Origin: Trichinella spiralis | Lineage: Eukaryota | Direction: 5' to 3' | Length of the DNA stretch: 64,000 bases | NCBI RefSeq assembly: GCF_000181795.1 | Contig: NW_003526944.1 | Location: forward strand, 2,710,205-2,774,204 | Shown: piece by piece, positions 45,629-58,521 of the stretch | How positions within the stretch are numbered: position 1 is the stretch's first letter | How the letters are laid out: every line of letters begins with the position of its first letter | Notes under the pieces: generated by a model | Databases searched by the model: none | What the model saw: only the letters and a program-made list of their open reading frames with translations | What the model was told of the DNA's origin: nothing | Translations under genes and position numbers: made by a program

Positions 45629-46603
45629 GACAAACAGCACTGTAAACTGTAAGAAAGTAAAAGGTAGCCTGAAATGTATAAACCTCCGTAATACTAAACT
45701 TATTTACCTTTTATTCATAGAATTATACAATAATTCACGTACTGAATGCTTTCTTTAATACTTTATTATTTCATTTTAAGTTATAATACACACTTCTAAT
45801 AATTTATTATTTTTGTAGTTAAAGGCATCTATAAATTTCACATAAGATATTTCTACAATTAATTTAATAATTTATCTATTTGCTAATTTATTAATATTAA
45901 GGTGAATATAAAATGAACGTGGAATACCTACGCACACGGCGGCAGTGCTGCTCTTCTTCAAAGATTAAATCACATCCTTCATACTGTACGGATTGCAGGT
46001 TAAAATTTTGAATATTTTTCTGCAAAAAATTTAGAACATGACTCAAAGTCAATAATGTTATTTGTTATTATTTATAAATGTTATTTGACTTTAAATTTGA
46101 AATATTCCAACGGTAAATTTTGCTATATTTCTAGTAAACATTTTTCTTAATATTCTTAGGATTTTCCTTTGTGACGTAGTGGCTGCGGTGATGTCTGTTA
46201 TAAGTTAAATAAGTTGTGTAAAAATTTTCATAAATCTGAAATAAGTTTACTCATTTGTTATGAAACTGTTCGTTATTGATTAAAGCTTTTTCTAATTTGA
46301 ATTTTATAGTAATTTCATATGCAAAGTTACAACATGCTGCAATAGAATTTTCTGACTTTGCATTTTCATCTTAGCTGATAATGGTAAGAACTGATAGTTT
46401 TAAATAAAAATTCGCGTCGTCCTTTTGACATTCGTCATTTTATTTTATCATTGGCTTAATAGTAAGAAAATAATTCCTGTTGTTTTTTATATACAGTATT
46501 ATATTATTATTATCAAACGTTTTTGTATGTGGATGTAATCTTTCTTATTTAGCAGTTGAATTGTCCATTGTGTATTTTTAAATTTACAGAAGTTTACATC
46601 ATT

Positions 46604-48470
46604 ATGAACCATAGTAATCATACATTGTCCTTTGATGAAATCCAGCGTTACAGCAGGCAGCTAATTCTTCCAGAGATTGGTGCGAAAGGTTAGCTTGTTT
46701 ATATTCCAATATGTTCCATGTTTAGCTTACTTAAAATATGTAAATAAAATTATTTATTATATAAATATTTATGTTAAAAATGTGTATACATTTTAAATTT
46801 TATTATTTGAGGTCAGATGAAGTTGAACGGAGCTCGTGTTTTAATTGTTGGTGCAGGCGGTTTAGGGTGTCCCTGTGCTATTTATCTAGCTGGTGCTGGT
46901 ATTGGTAAGTTGTTTTACTGATTTTTATTCATTGTTTATTTTATTCATTGCTTCATTTTTATAAACATTGTTTTCTAACGTTGTTATTATTTCATTTTTT
47001 AATATTTGTAAGGTTGCATTGGTATAGTTGACTTTGATGTAGTGGAAATGAGCAATTTACACCGTCAAATATTGCATCACCAACAAGAAATTGGCACATC
47101 CAAAGCTGAGTCTATCCGTTCTGCTATTCGCGCGTAAGGCTTTTATTGTTTTTATCTCAGTTGTCATCGTGATTATTCTTTTGAAATTTAGACTAAATTC
47201 TCGAATAGAATGTACTGTTTACAACGAAAAGTTCAGTAGTGAAAATGCAATGCAAATCGTATGTTTCTACGATATCGTTTGTGATTGTTCTGACAACGTA
47301 CCAACAAGATATTTGTTGAACGACGTTTGTGTACTGGCGGAGAAGCCACTGGTCTCTGGAAGCGCGTTGGGATGGGATGGTCAATTGACTGTATATAATT
47401 ATGGTGATGGACCTTGTTATCGATGTTTGTTTGCTGAACCTCCACCTCCGCATGCTGTTACGTCTTGTTCGCAGAGTGGAGTACTCGGAACTGGTATTTG
47501 GTAATTTATTTTTAAAAACTTGTTTTATAAAAGCAAATTTTTGCAATACAGTGCCTGGACTGATCGGAACTTTACAAGCACAAGAAGTTATCAAAATCGT
47601 TGTGGAAATGCAGCGTAAGCGATATTTGAAATTGTATTATATTGTTATTAATATTAATTTTATGACTAGCTTCCTATGCTAAGAAAATGTTATTATACGA
47701 TGGTCGCGCAGGTACTTTTCGAGTTATACGTTTGCGAGGCAAAGATATGCAGTGCGCGATCTGTGGAGAAAATCCAAAAATTGTTCAACTTGTAAATTAT
47801 GAAGAATTTTGTAAAACGGAAGCACGTGATTTGGTAAGTTTTGTTAGTATTATTTTCGTACAAGTTTAATAAGTAAAGCTGGTGTTTTCTGCTTTATCAC
47901 TAGGCGCATCAAATTTCCTGTTTGCCTGAAGAAGATCGTGTTACTGTACAACATATTGGTCACCTGATGAACACTGGTGCATGTTGGTTCATTGATTGTC
48001 GCCCTCCGCATCAATACGAAATTGCTCATTTCGAAACAGCCATCAGTAACATTTTGCTATGCAGAAAACCTTTTTCAATTTGACATTATAAACTTGTTCT
48101 GTTATTTTAGATCTTCCTTTGGATAGCATAGTTAGGGGCAGCTCAACAGAATTGAAAGAAAAATTAATTCAGCTTCCAGAAGATGGTATGTGAAAAATAT
48201 TTGTTATTTAAAAAATTTTATTTTAACATTTATTAATTAGAATCTTGTTGTTGATGAGTAGTGTTTTTATCTGAATATAATAAGATAATAAGAAAATATT
48301 GGATAATTTTAGTTTTTGTAATTTGTAATCGAGGAAATCAGTCGCAAATGGCCGTACAAGAATTACGCAAAAAATTGAATGACGATTGCCGATGGAATTT
48401 CAAAGATGTCATTGGCGGCTATTTGGCTTGGGTTAGAGAAGTTGATCCTACGTTTCCGTGTTTTGGATGA
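46604..48470 (+). CDS. MOCS3: Adenylyltransferase and sulfurtransferase MOCS3/UBA4 (ThiF/MoeB + rhodanese), about 9 exons
   Basis: [66 protein letters not shown], rhodanese loop [17 protein letters not shown]...DPTFP. Confidence 0.95.
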
Positions 48471-48696
48471 AAATCCCATTCGAACAGAAATGATTTTTAT
48501 TCATTTATGGAAATTTTTTAAACTGTGAAAATTATGAACGGGAAGCAATAAATGAAAAATACTAATTCTACGAATGATAAAGAAAATGCACAACAAAATG
48601 GAAAAAAACAGTTAGTTTCGATTCCTGTTGAATGTTCACCAGGATCTGCATTATTATTATTATTATTACTATTATTATTTTTATTTTTATTATTGT

Positions 48697-51600
48697 CTAG
48701 ATTCCTTGCAATGAATAGCTTCGTCTTGAGCGTTCACATGGCCATGTGCATGTGTAATTTTTGTCGTCACATTTTGGCATCACATCAGGCAGATTTGTCG
48801 GCGTAGTGGTGACATGCAAGCATGTCCGGTAAACTGCGCTGAACTTATCTGGCATGCGCAACAACGCCAACACCGAATCATCCAATCCATTTTCTCTGAT
48901 AACACGAATTCGAACCTGCGAATCCAAATTGTTATTATTATCGTCAGTACTGTGTTACAGTGTTATTTTCTTTTTCTTTTTAAAAATTAGCACTGATTCA
49001 TTCATTCATTACCTGATCCAGTGCCGATGCGCGATGATAGCTACAACCACAGGCTAATGCTTTGCGTACCACGGGATCGTTGCGAAACAGATGATCAACT
49101 GTCTGTCGAATGGTTTCCAACGTTGCACCGTCCGGAACTAAAGTAATTCAAACTTTTCATATATACCCAACTGAGACAAGAAAACTATTGAGAAAACGTA
49201 CGGAAAACTTCATCTTTTTCACCAACGTTCGACGTATCCAACGACATCCATTGTGTTGGACAAGCTTTCAACAAGTCTACCGTACAGGGAGACATTTCCG
49301 ACGACGATGGCTCATGATTGATCAAAGACAATATTTGATCCGGGCTAGCTGCCACCTTTTTGATGAACAACCTCCTCACTTCTTTGTAAAATGGCAGAAA
49401 TACCCTCGGCTGTGTTGGTATTCGAGATTTCATCCCAGCACAAGACCAGAGTCTGTCACAGGCACTCCCGTCTCTGCTGGTCGTCGGCTGCTGGTCACTG
49501 CTGGTGGTATCGTTTGGACTAGACGAAGCTGCTTGATCAGCATCATCGCTGTCGTCTTGATCGCTGATGTTCAGCAAATTTCGCTTCACCGCGTTCACCA
49601 GTACCTTCACAATTTAAATGCAGAAAAATTGTATACATGAAATTTTCAATTTGCATGCACTTGTTGCAAACAATACCGGACTGTTTCTGGGCAGGATGAA
49701 ATCTGTGCGCACCAGTGGCAATAGTCGTACGAGAATTTCCATCAGTTCAGCGTCGAATTGGTCGTTTCGTTTCAAACCTTTGCGACTGATCGAATGCGTT
49801 GTGCCTGCAATGACGTTCGGTTCTAAAAAATCAAAATTGGATTTTCCTATTTTTTTGCTTTCATTTTTTCGATTTCCAAAGAGAACCTCTTTCTTCTAGG
49901 CGGCGTATGAGCTGGTGTTCGCCCCATCGAATCACAGCCGACAGAATTTCCAATTCACTGGCCTGTATAATGCAATAATAAGAAAAAATGAACCAGAACA
50001 ATCAAACAAAATTCATTACAAGAAGAATGTTTGTTTATTTATTTACCTGAACAAAGTCGAGCTTTAACGCTTCGACCAGCATGGATTCGTCCAATTCGAA
50101 AAGATCAGCACTATTGGCAATGATGGTCAAGTGTTCAGCAAGAAATGCTACACAACATCGACGGACGTAGGCTGAACCGTACGACTCTGATGACCAGTTG
50201 TACAACGCCAACAGGGAATCAAAGTCGACTTTACTTGCAATGAGATCTTCGCATCCTGTTGATTGTGGAAAACAAAAGTTACGGGATATAATGAACCGAT
50301 GCGGATAATCGAATCACTTGCCTTGGGCTAGAAGTGGAAATTCAAGAAACCGAGCGATTTGGTAAATTTCAGTCGCTTCTTCAAGTGGCGATGCTAGGCA
50401 TTTGCCCGATGCGATCACTTTCACTTCACTCAACGAACTGCACGGCGGTGACGATCCCGGCGAAACCTGAAATTTTTTTAAATATGAATTTTATTTATTT
50501 TTGGAATTTTCTTTTTTATTCACCAAAGACAGATCCACTTTGTCGAGATAAAGGGCTTCGAAAACCACGGGCGCATATTGACGTGGTATTACCGATTCAT
50601 CTAAACAAATGGTTATTCGGTCGCTTTGTTCACTGCAATCAGCTCTCCTTTTTGAGATCAATGACAAGAAAAACGCAGATCTGGAGGCCAGAATTACACT
50701 GTGACACAAATATTGGCACTTTGGCATTTTGCGTTGGCTTTTCAATAGCGAAACTCGTGACTTCGATCCAGACTGTTGTTGTTGTTGTCCAACGGCGGAT
50801 TCAGGTTCCACTTGTGGACCACCACCGGCCGAAGAAGAAGAAGCTCTTGTAAAAACAATAATCAAATCCGCATCCTCGTTCGGCTGACGGATCATGTCGA
50901 ACATGTCGCCATGCCAGTCGTTGGACGCGCCCAGTGAAATTTTCATCAACGCCAATTGTACTGCTTCATCTGCCGACAAATCCCTTTCGTCAATGTAGCC
51001 GGTGTACAAAAATCGTATAAAAGAATCAACCACTCGAGGCGTGGGACTGTCCGGAATCTGACATCCCGGAGGCAGGCGGAACTCGATTGTAGTCGGATGT
51101 GCTTTTTCAGCTTGACGTAGCAACGTACGCAGCCACAAGCTGCGCCGGCTGACGATGCACCGGTGAACCGCGAACCGACGCCCTTGGAAAACCAGCACAA
51201 CGTCAGTGAGCGTTGCTTGTTCGTACATCCGAAGCAGGCTATTGCGCAGCGACGGCGCCTGTGGTCTGGAAAGGTCCGCCGACACGGTCAGTTCCCTCAA
51301 CGCCCAAGAAGCCTCCAATTCCACCATCAGGCAGTGCAAATTGCGCAGGCACCACGATGACAGCATCTGGCGAAATGTCCGGTAACTTTCTTTGAAAAGT
51401 TTCGACTTCAATTTCTTATCTCGTTTCATTTTTCTCCTCACGCGGATTGCATTTCTGAATTCTGAAATTTCAACGGTCAATTTTGCATTTTTCTTCATTG
51501 TATTAGCTTTATTTAAAATTTAGATGTAGTGAACTTGATTTTCATTAATTGCACAATTAGGATACTGTAAAATGAAGAAAATTGTTCGTTTGTGAAGAAC

Positions 51601-51862
51601 AACCCTGCCCAGAGACATTGCTCAGATCCAACATTTCACTTTGAAAAAACAATCAAATTTGAAGATAACGTGCCAAGAATGACAAATAGATGAAATTTAT
51701 GATAATGTTTGCAAACTTAACGAAACGTTCGAGTGGTAAATATATGATTAAACAGGGTATACAAACGTAATATTATTGCAAAATCGTACGTTGAGACGAA
51801 GATACTTCGGCGGATGGTGGCAAATTGGTATTCTTGAATTCAAACGAAAAGTTATTACCCAT
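48697..51862 (-). CDS. BTBD7: BTB/POZ domain-containing protein 7 (two BTB domains + BACK); first exon 51862-51790 (MGNNFS...), includes one GC-AG intron
   Basis: LRELTVSADLSRPQA, TDVVLVFQGRRFAVHRCIV, HSVILASRSAFF, ICLDESVIPRQY, LAQ|GCED, YGSAYVRR, QASELEIL..V.RWGE, LLALLRMPD-like end. MG start as in vertebrate BTBD7. Confidence 0.88.
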
Positions 51863-52930
51863 ATTGTTGTTTAAGAAAGTTGCAACATGTGATCAGCCAA
51901 CACTAAAAAGAAAAACTTCATCAAATCATGGAAACATTCAATATTTAAATGAAACATGATAAGAACTCACTATTTATAATTATAAATCCGAATAAATAAT
52001 TTTTTGGCTTATTGAAAAAGTAAAAACATTTTACATTTACAAATACGTTAATACTTATAAACTGCTTACTTTATAGAATTGAAATCGTCAGCATTGCATC
52101 AACGAGATCAAGAAAATGTCACATTTTAAAGCTTCATGAAGACGGCTAGAAACTGAAAATTGTTCAATAACAAAAGTGAACGGAAGAGTAGCGAATGCGC
52201 GAACGTTCAACTTTGGTAAACAAGGTTACTACGGCCATATGACACAAGGACGTGAAGCGAATCGTCGCGCACAAAAGCAAACAGTGTGAATAATGTATGC
52301 ATGATTATAGTTCTACCTTCCGCTGATAATGGTAGATACGTTTGACAAACAAAAGTTGAAAAAAAAACGTTACTTATCGTGAGAAGCATAATAAATTTTC
52401 TTCGATAAACAAAGATGGCACATTTGAAAATGAATGATATAAAAGACAAATATAATGAAAGAAAAAACAATGACAAGCTTATTACACGTATCTTAGAAAC
52501 AAGAAAACATAAAAAGTCTCGTAAACAGCCAATTTTACGATGTCGAATACAGTGTGGCTTACGGTAATTTAAATATTTGTTTATAGTGTAATAAGGTTCC
52601 TATTTTTACAAAGTAAGTTTTAATATTATATATTTCAGTTAATAATGATAGATTCTACATAATTATGAACTGGAATTGTATCATTTTTATTTTTATGAAA
52701 ATGCTGTTAATTTTAATGAAAAACGAATTCGAATTATTAATTTGCTAATACCTGAAAATCTTTACAATAAAACAGTACATTTTCTTTGGGTTTTTTTAAA
52801 TGAAAACTTGTTTTATCCATCTTAGGAAATTTTATATTTGTTATTTTCTTATTAGAATTCCGAATTGATTCATTAATTAACGTGACAGAATTTCATTTAT
52901 AGAATTCTGCAAAAGCAAATGTAATTGTTA

Positions 52931-53665
52931 ATGATGCCATCGCCATTTATCATTGGAGTTGGTGGTGGTACGGCTTCTGGCAAGTCGACAGTCTGTCAAG
53001 AAATAGTCTCTCGTCTTGGTGCACAGCGTCATGGAATAGTTGCGATGATTAGTCAGGATTCATTTTATCGAGAATTGGAAGGCGAAGAGAAAGAATTGGC
53101 AACTACTGGTAAATATAATTTTGACCATCCGCGGGCTATTGATTTTGAGTTGCTTGCTCAGACAATTAAGGATATGAAAAACTGCAAAACTGTCTTGATT
53201 CCTTCGTATAGTTTTCGATCAAACAGCAGAATACCGGACGCCTTTAAGGAAATTCCTCCGGCTGACGTTGTTCTTGTCGAAGGCATTCTGATCTTGTACA
53301 GCAGTGAAATAAGGGATCTGTTAGACATGAAACTTTTCGTAGACACCGATCCTGATACACGATTGGCGCGTCGAGTGATGCGTGACATGAATGAACGCGG
53401 TCGAGATTTAGAAACGATTTTATACCAGTATTTGAATTTTGTCAAGCCGGCATACGAGGAATTTTGCTTACCAACGAAAAAATTTGCCGACGTTATTATT
53501 CCCAGAGGTGGTGAGAATTTGGTAGCTATTGATTTAATTGTTCAGCACATTCTTGAGATTTTACGTTCACCTCGAAAGCCGCCTAACAATCCACCAGTCG
53601 ATGCTGACGTGATACTGCGTGATCGCCGTAAAGGCGATAAGGGTTTGAATAAGACTCCTCATTGA
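52931..53665 (+). CDS. UCK: Uridine-cytidine kinase, single coding exon
   Basis: [72 protein letters not shown]. Confidence 0.96.
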   Translation: MMPSPFIIGVGGGTASGKSTVCQEIVSRLGAQRHGIVAMISQDSFYRELEGEEKELATTGKYNFDHPRAIDFELLAQTIKDMKNCKTVLIPSYSFRSNSRIPDAFKEIPPADVVLVEGILILYSSEIRDLLDMKLFVDTDPDTRLARRVMRDMNERGRDLETILYQYLNFVKPAYEEFCLPTKKFADVIIPRGGENLVAIDLIVQHILEILRSPRKPPNNPPVDADVILRDRRKGDKGLNKTPH

Positions 53666-53964
53666 ATGCATTTTTTGTAATATTTACTTTGACAAAAACT
53701 ATCTTTGTTATTTTTATTTCACTTGTTTTATAATATTGTATGAGTCTGCACAATGATGCTGTGGAATGAAAATTTACTGTCATATTCACTTTTTACGTAT
53801 TTCATTACTGTATATTTTGTTTTGAAATTTCCACAGTATAATAGCTGTAGAACATCCAAACTCAGTGGCTGTTGGAAAGCAAAATCAATTCAACAAGAAA
53901 CTGCTGGAAAATGAAAAGCTCTTCTTTGTAAATTCATTACATAAGAAGGTAGGAAAATTTATTT

Positions 53965-55876
53965 TCAATATACATTTTCATTTCCATCTTGAACAGTTTG
54001 GATGTAGCCTAGCTCATAGTGTAACCTTCTCCGACAATAAAATATATTATCACAATTTTCTTCTCTACGAATGGCATGAAACAGTGACCAGCCGAGTTTT
54101 TTCAAAAAGTACAGCTGCGTGAAAAGTGCTCTAAGGTGAATCGCCTCTTCACCAGTCCAGAAATTAATACGGACAATTAATTGTCGTATTGTCTAAATTA
54201 TAATTAACCGAATAACCGTGATTCATTCAGAAAAGAAAGATTTACCTTGAAATCAGAATCTAAAAATTTTTCCATGAACTCCCATTCACCTCCTTCAAGA
54301 TTGACAAACAAGATGGTGATGTTTTCAAACTTTGTAGGTAAGTAAGATTCCACTGCAGATCTAATAATACATACTTTGAATAAATTGTTAATTTACTAAC
54401 TTTTCCTTACAAATTGTTAGCCAAAATTCGGAACAATTGAACATCTTTTGGCACATCATTATTTGATAAATGACAAACAGGATCGAAAAGGAGAAATTTA
54501 CATGTATACATGGAAAGCGACGGCAGCCAGTCGGTGCAGCTTTGATCGTATCCAAAACTTAAACAAGATAGCAACAATTTAAAAGTGGCAGTTAAATTAT
54601 TAGTTGTAAATTTGCACCCAAAATAAACAATATTGCAATTGTTCGCATCGGAAGCAATTCTGAGATCAGCTTCACATGCAATCCATGGATTGCCGTGATT
54701 AACCATCGGTAAATGGATCTTCTTACAGTATGTCATTTCCTCTTTAAAAAACACTGACAAACGTAGCATCTCATCTTCGTATGAACCTACAATTTTAGAT
54801 GTGTAACGTGGATATATATTATGAGAAGAAGAAGAAGAATCAATTGAGTTTCTTTATACCAATGCCTGCAACAGGAACAGAATGAGGTCTGTTGTTGTTT
54901 GCATTAAATTTTACAAAGCCCAAAGTGAAACGACAAGAACTGTCCATAAATTTACACTCGCCCCATTGTTTGCTAATGTACAATGCCATTGAAAATTCAA
55001 AGTACATTCTGTTGATCATCGTGTACCATTTGTAAGATAATGATGGATTGTCATTTTTGAAATGAATAACCAAGATAAATACGCGTATTCGATTGAAAAT
55101 ATCTGCATCGGCCATTTCAGAAAAAATGTCCAACTGTGATTCTGCATCCCAGCATGTAGTGCAATCCAATTTCAGCACGTCCAGTATTTCCTCTTCTCCA
55201 ACAATGGATTGGAACAACCGAAGAACACGTTCGTATTTTTTCGTCCAAAGAATCCAACGTTTGGCCATGCTGTCTGTTATTATGAAACCAATTCGATGAT
55301 CTAAACGACCGCCAGTGATATGCTCTCTTCCACTGGGTAAAATTCCGCCGGAATAAACAATTGCGGTTGCGTTTTTGTTGAACTTTAAAAATGACTCTTC
55401 CGCATAAAGATTGTCCAAACTGCTGAAAAGGATTCACTATTTGTATAAGTTGTACTGATTGAAAAGCAAGTTCAAATATTCCTACTTGGTGAAAGATATC
55501 CACTTTGGCGAGGCCTTCAGCAATTTTGCATGCAAAGTTGGATCTTCAGCGCAAATTGTAAGCTGTTGCTTAGAATTGCCAAAAGTGAATTTTCGTTTGC
55601 AATGAAACGGAACGAAACTGAGAATTTCCTTCAACCTGAAACAAACCGCATTCAAAATCATAAGCAACTGTTTTTGAAAAAATAACATTATTCATAACAC
55701 ACAAATAAATACCTGATCCATTCATGCGATGGCTTCAAACATGGCGGCGGTTGTGAAAGTTTGTACTGGCTTTTTGGTTCACATTTCAGGTTGAAATAAA
55801 TCCAAGAAAGGTACACGAATAAGCATGTTAGAAATGGAGCACCAATGAAACTTTTCAAATAGATATAAATCTTCAT
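53965..55876 (-). CDS. Type II membrane protein with two tandem METTL24/FkbM-like methyltransferase-type domains, about 6 exons
   Basis: N-terminal signal anchor (FIGAPFLTCLFVYLSWIYF). Repeat 1: CKRKFTFG..ICAED..IVYSGG..ILDVLKLDC..FTLGFV. Repeat 2: CKKIHL..WIACE..CNIVYFG..CKFLLFDP..LFVNLEGGEWEF..IRQLIV..HYELGYI. Confidence 0.6.
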
Positions 55877-56326
55877 GCTACACCGATGCTGAAGAATAAC
55901 GATTTTACATTACTTGAAATGCAAGAGCAAATTTCTTTTAAAATCATCACTTGCAATTATTTAAATATTTATTTAATAAAATTATATTAATAACAACAAG
56001 CTTTTTTTACTTACAAAAATGTTTTGTGGATGTGCTAAACAGTTGCAAATAAAAGATTGCTTTGTTATTTAATTATTTATGATATGTTTATTTATATATA
56101 TAATAAATTATTTTTTAATTAAAATGTGTATGTAATTTGTTATTGCTATTAATAAACAGTTTATTATATAAATAATAATTATATGTTTTAATAAACTTGA
56201 ATTTCTTTAATCTACAAAAGTACGTCAAGGTAATTGGACAAAGTACGGTCAAAGGGTGATTCATCAATACAGCGAAAAGCGTTCTTTTTCCAACTGCATT
56301 GTTTTTGCCATTTGAATCAGTGAAAC

Positions 56327-58321
56327 ATGGCCGGTCACAGTGCCTCATATTTGGAGCAGTTGGAAAGTTGTGCCAACTACAATCGTCGCCTTTGCATCGA
56401 GCGCCAACAACGCTTGCCATTCTTGGACTCGCAGACCGGCATTGCACAGGTTCCCAGTCAACTTTGGCGTCGTGCCAGCGACCGGCTTCCAACGAATGAT
56501 CCGAACGTGCTTTACAAATATCCAAGCCGGGATTGGCGCAAGAAGAAGCCGTCTGGTGGGGTGAATTTGAATACCGACTTCAAAAGCTCTGCGGATAATG
56601 CCGAATCAGCGGATCAAAGCACCACCAAAGAGCAGACAGAATCGGCTCGTTCCAGCGTGCCCGACACGCCTGTTCAACCCACTGAAAGGGAATATCGGGC
56701 AAGTTCAAGTTCTCTCTCGAAAACTGCCTTGTTGATTTGATTTGTTTTTTTTTGTTTTAACTCAGTTTTGCTTTTTATGATGCTTTATGTATATATGCAT
56801 ATATATATGTTTGTGCAATTGTTTTGCATTTTTCTGTACAGCACTACTTCTGTTTTGACATGAATTAGCATTACTTAAAGAAAATTTTTCATTTGCAAAA
56901 CTTGTTTATTTCCAATGTATACGTTACATCCGTATCAGTATCAAGTGATCTGTTAGTTGTTAATTGTAAGTATGTCGTTTACTTTGCAATATTCTAACCG
57001 TTTTTTTTTATTTTGCTATTTCTTATTTATGCTAGCTTAATAGTTAGATGTATGATTTGAGTTCTGATGTTTTTCCTTTTATTTTTGTTTCTTGCAGGAG
57101 CCAGCGTGGTATGAAGATTACACGGAACTTGTTGGTGATGAGTTCGACGATCCATCGGATCCAGACGATTATGAAGAATATTCAAAACGTAAACGAAAAA
57201 AGAAAGCCACCACAAAAGGCGGCAGGAAAGCCCATGATTCGGCCAATCCGGTCGAGCGACCGTACGCTTGTCCTCGTATGAACATTTTCCTACTATTTTG
57301 TTCTGTCTGGTGCTTTGCATGTATTGCTGCTGGTGTTGTTGCATGCGCTTGAAATCTAGTCAGGCTTTGCGGTGTTTGCACTCGGAATGAACGGTAGGGC
57401 TACTTTGAATGGTCAGTGTGTGAAGCAGAACTCTGTTTGATTCGGCAATTTTCGTGTTCAGATTGCTCGATGCGCTACAAAACCAAACCCGGTCTGCACT
57501 ACCACGTGAGACATCACCACTCTGACGCAGTAGCTGGAGAATTACCCATTTCCACTGATACGTCAGGTTTCCCAGGTGCTTCGCAACAGCATCAGCATAG
57601 TACGTCAGGAACTAGCACCCGCATGGCTCCTATGCGTAAAGCGGCCGCGATATCCGCTTCAAGAATTCAACGCCAAGGTATGGTCGAATTGAGCAGCACA
57701 TGTGATCTTTGCCAGGGGGACATTTTCGAAAACAAACGCACCGGTTGTGCAGAACAGTTGATTAACTGTTCTGATTGCGGTCGAGCTGGCCATCCGTATT
57801 GTTTGCAATTCAGTTCCAATATGATTATTTCGACAAAAAAGTACGGTTGGCAGTGTATTGAATGCAAATCATGCGCAATTTGCGGCACTTCTGAGCATGA
57901 CGTAAATACTTTTTGTTGTGATATATTTTTTTACTGTAGGAGTGTAACTTGACAATCATTATTGTGCTTTGTTTTGAATTGAAAAAATTGTATTCATAAT
58001 TTTGAATTCATTTAGCAAAAATGATTTCACTGCAAGTTGTTTAGTAACGTGATTTTTTTCACTCTTAATGTTTTAGGAGCAGCTACTGTTTTGCGATGAC
58101 TGCGATCGTGGTTTTCACATGTACTGCTTGACACCGAAATTGTTTGCACCACCTGAAGGTAATGATAGTTGATGACAAATTTTTCTTTTCTGAAACTGTT
58201 AATTTATAGGAAGTTGGAGTTGCGATTTATGCCTGAATGAGTTTCATCGTGATCAACGGTTGACATCATTGGGACAGTCTTCACAAACGTTTGGACAGAC
58301 ATCTGGAATTGGCCTACGTTA
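56327..58321 (+). CDS. DPF2: Zinc finger protein ubi-d4/Requiem (DPF; BAF complex subunit): Requiem-N, C2H2 and tandem PHD
   Basis: [110 protein letters not shown]...GSWSCDLC. Confidence 0.95.
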
Positions 58322-58521
58322 AAATTTTTTGGATAATTGCTTGAATGAAAAATAGTTTAGAATTTTGGTGTTTGGTAGCTTTCACGCGATACTTTTGAAA
58401 ATGTAAACAGACACTTGTAACAGTATATTATTCATTGGCGTCATTAATGCTGTTGATGTGATTTATATAGTAAAAGGTCTGTTTTTGTTAGCTGCGTTTT
58501 CATGAAATAACAATTTTCGTA

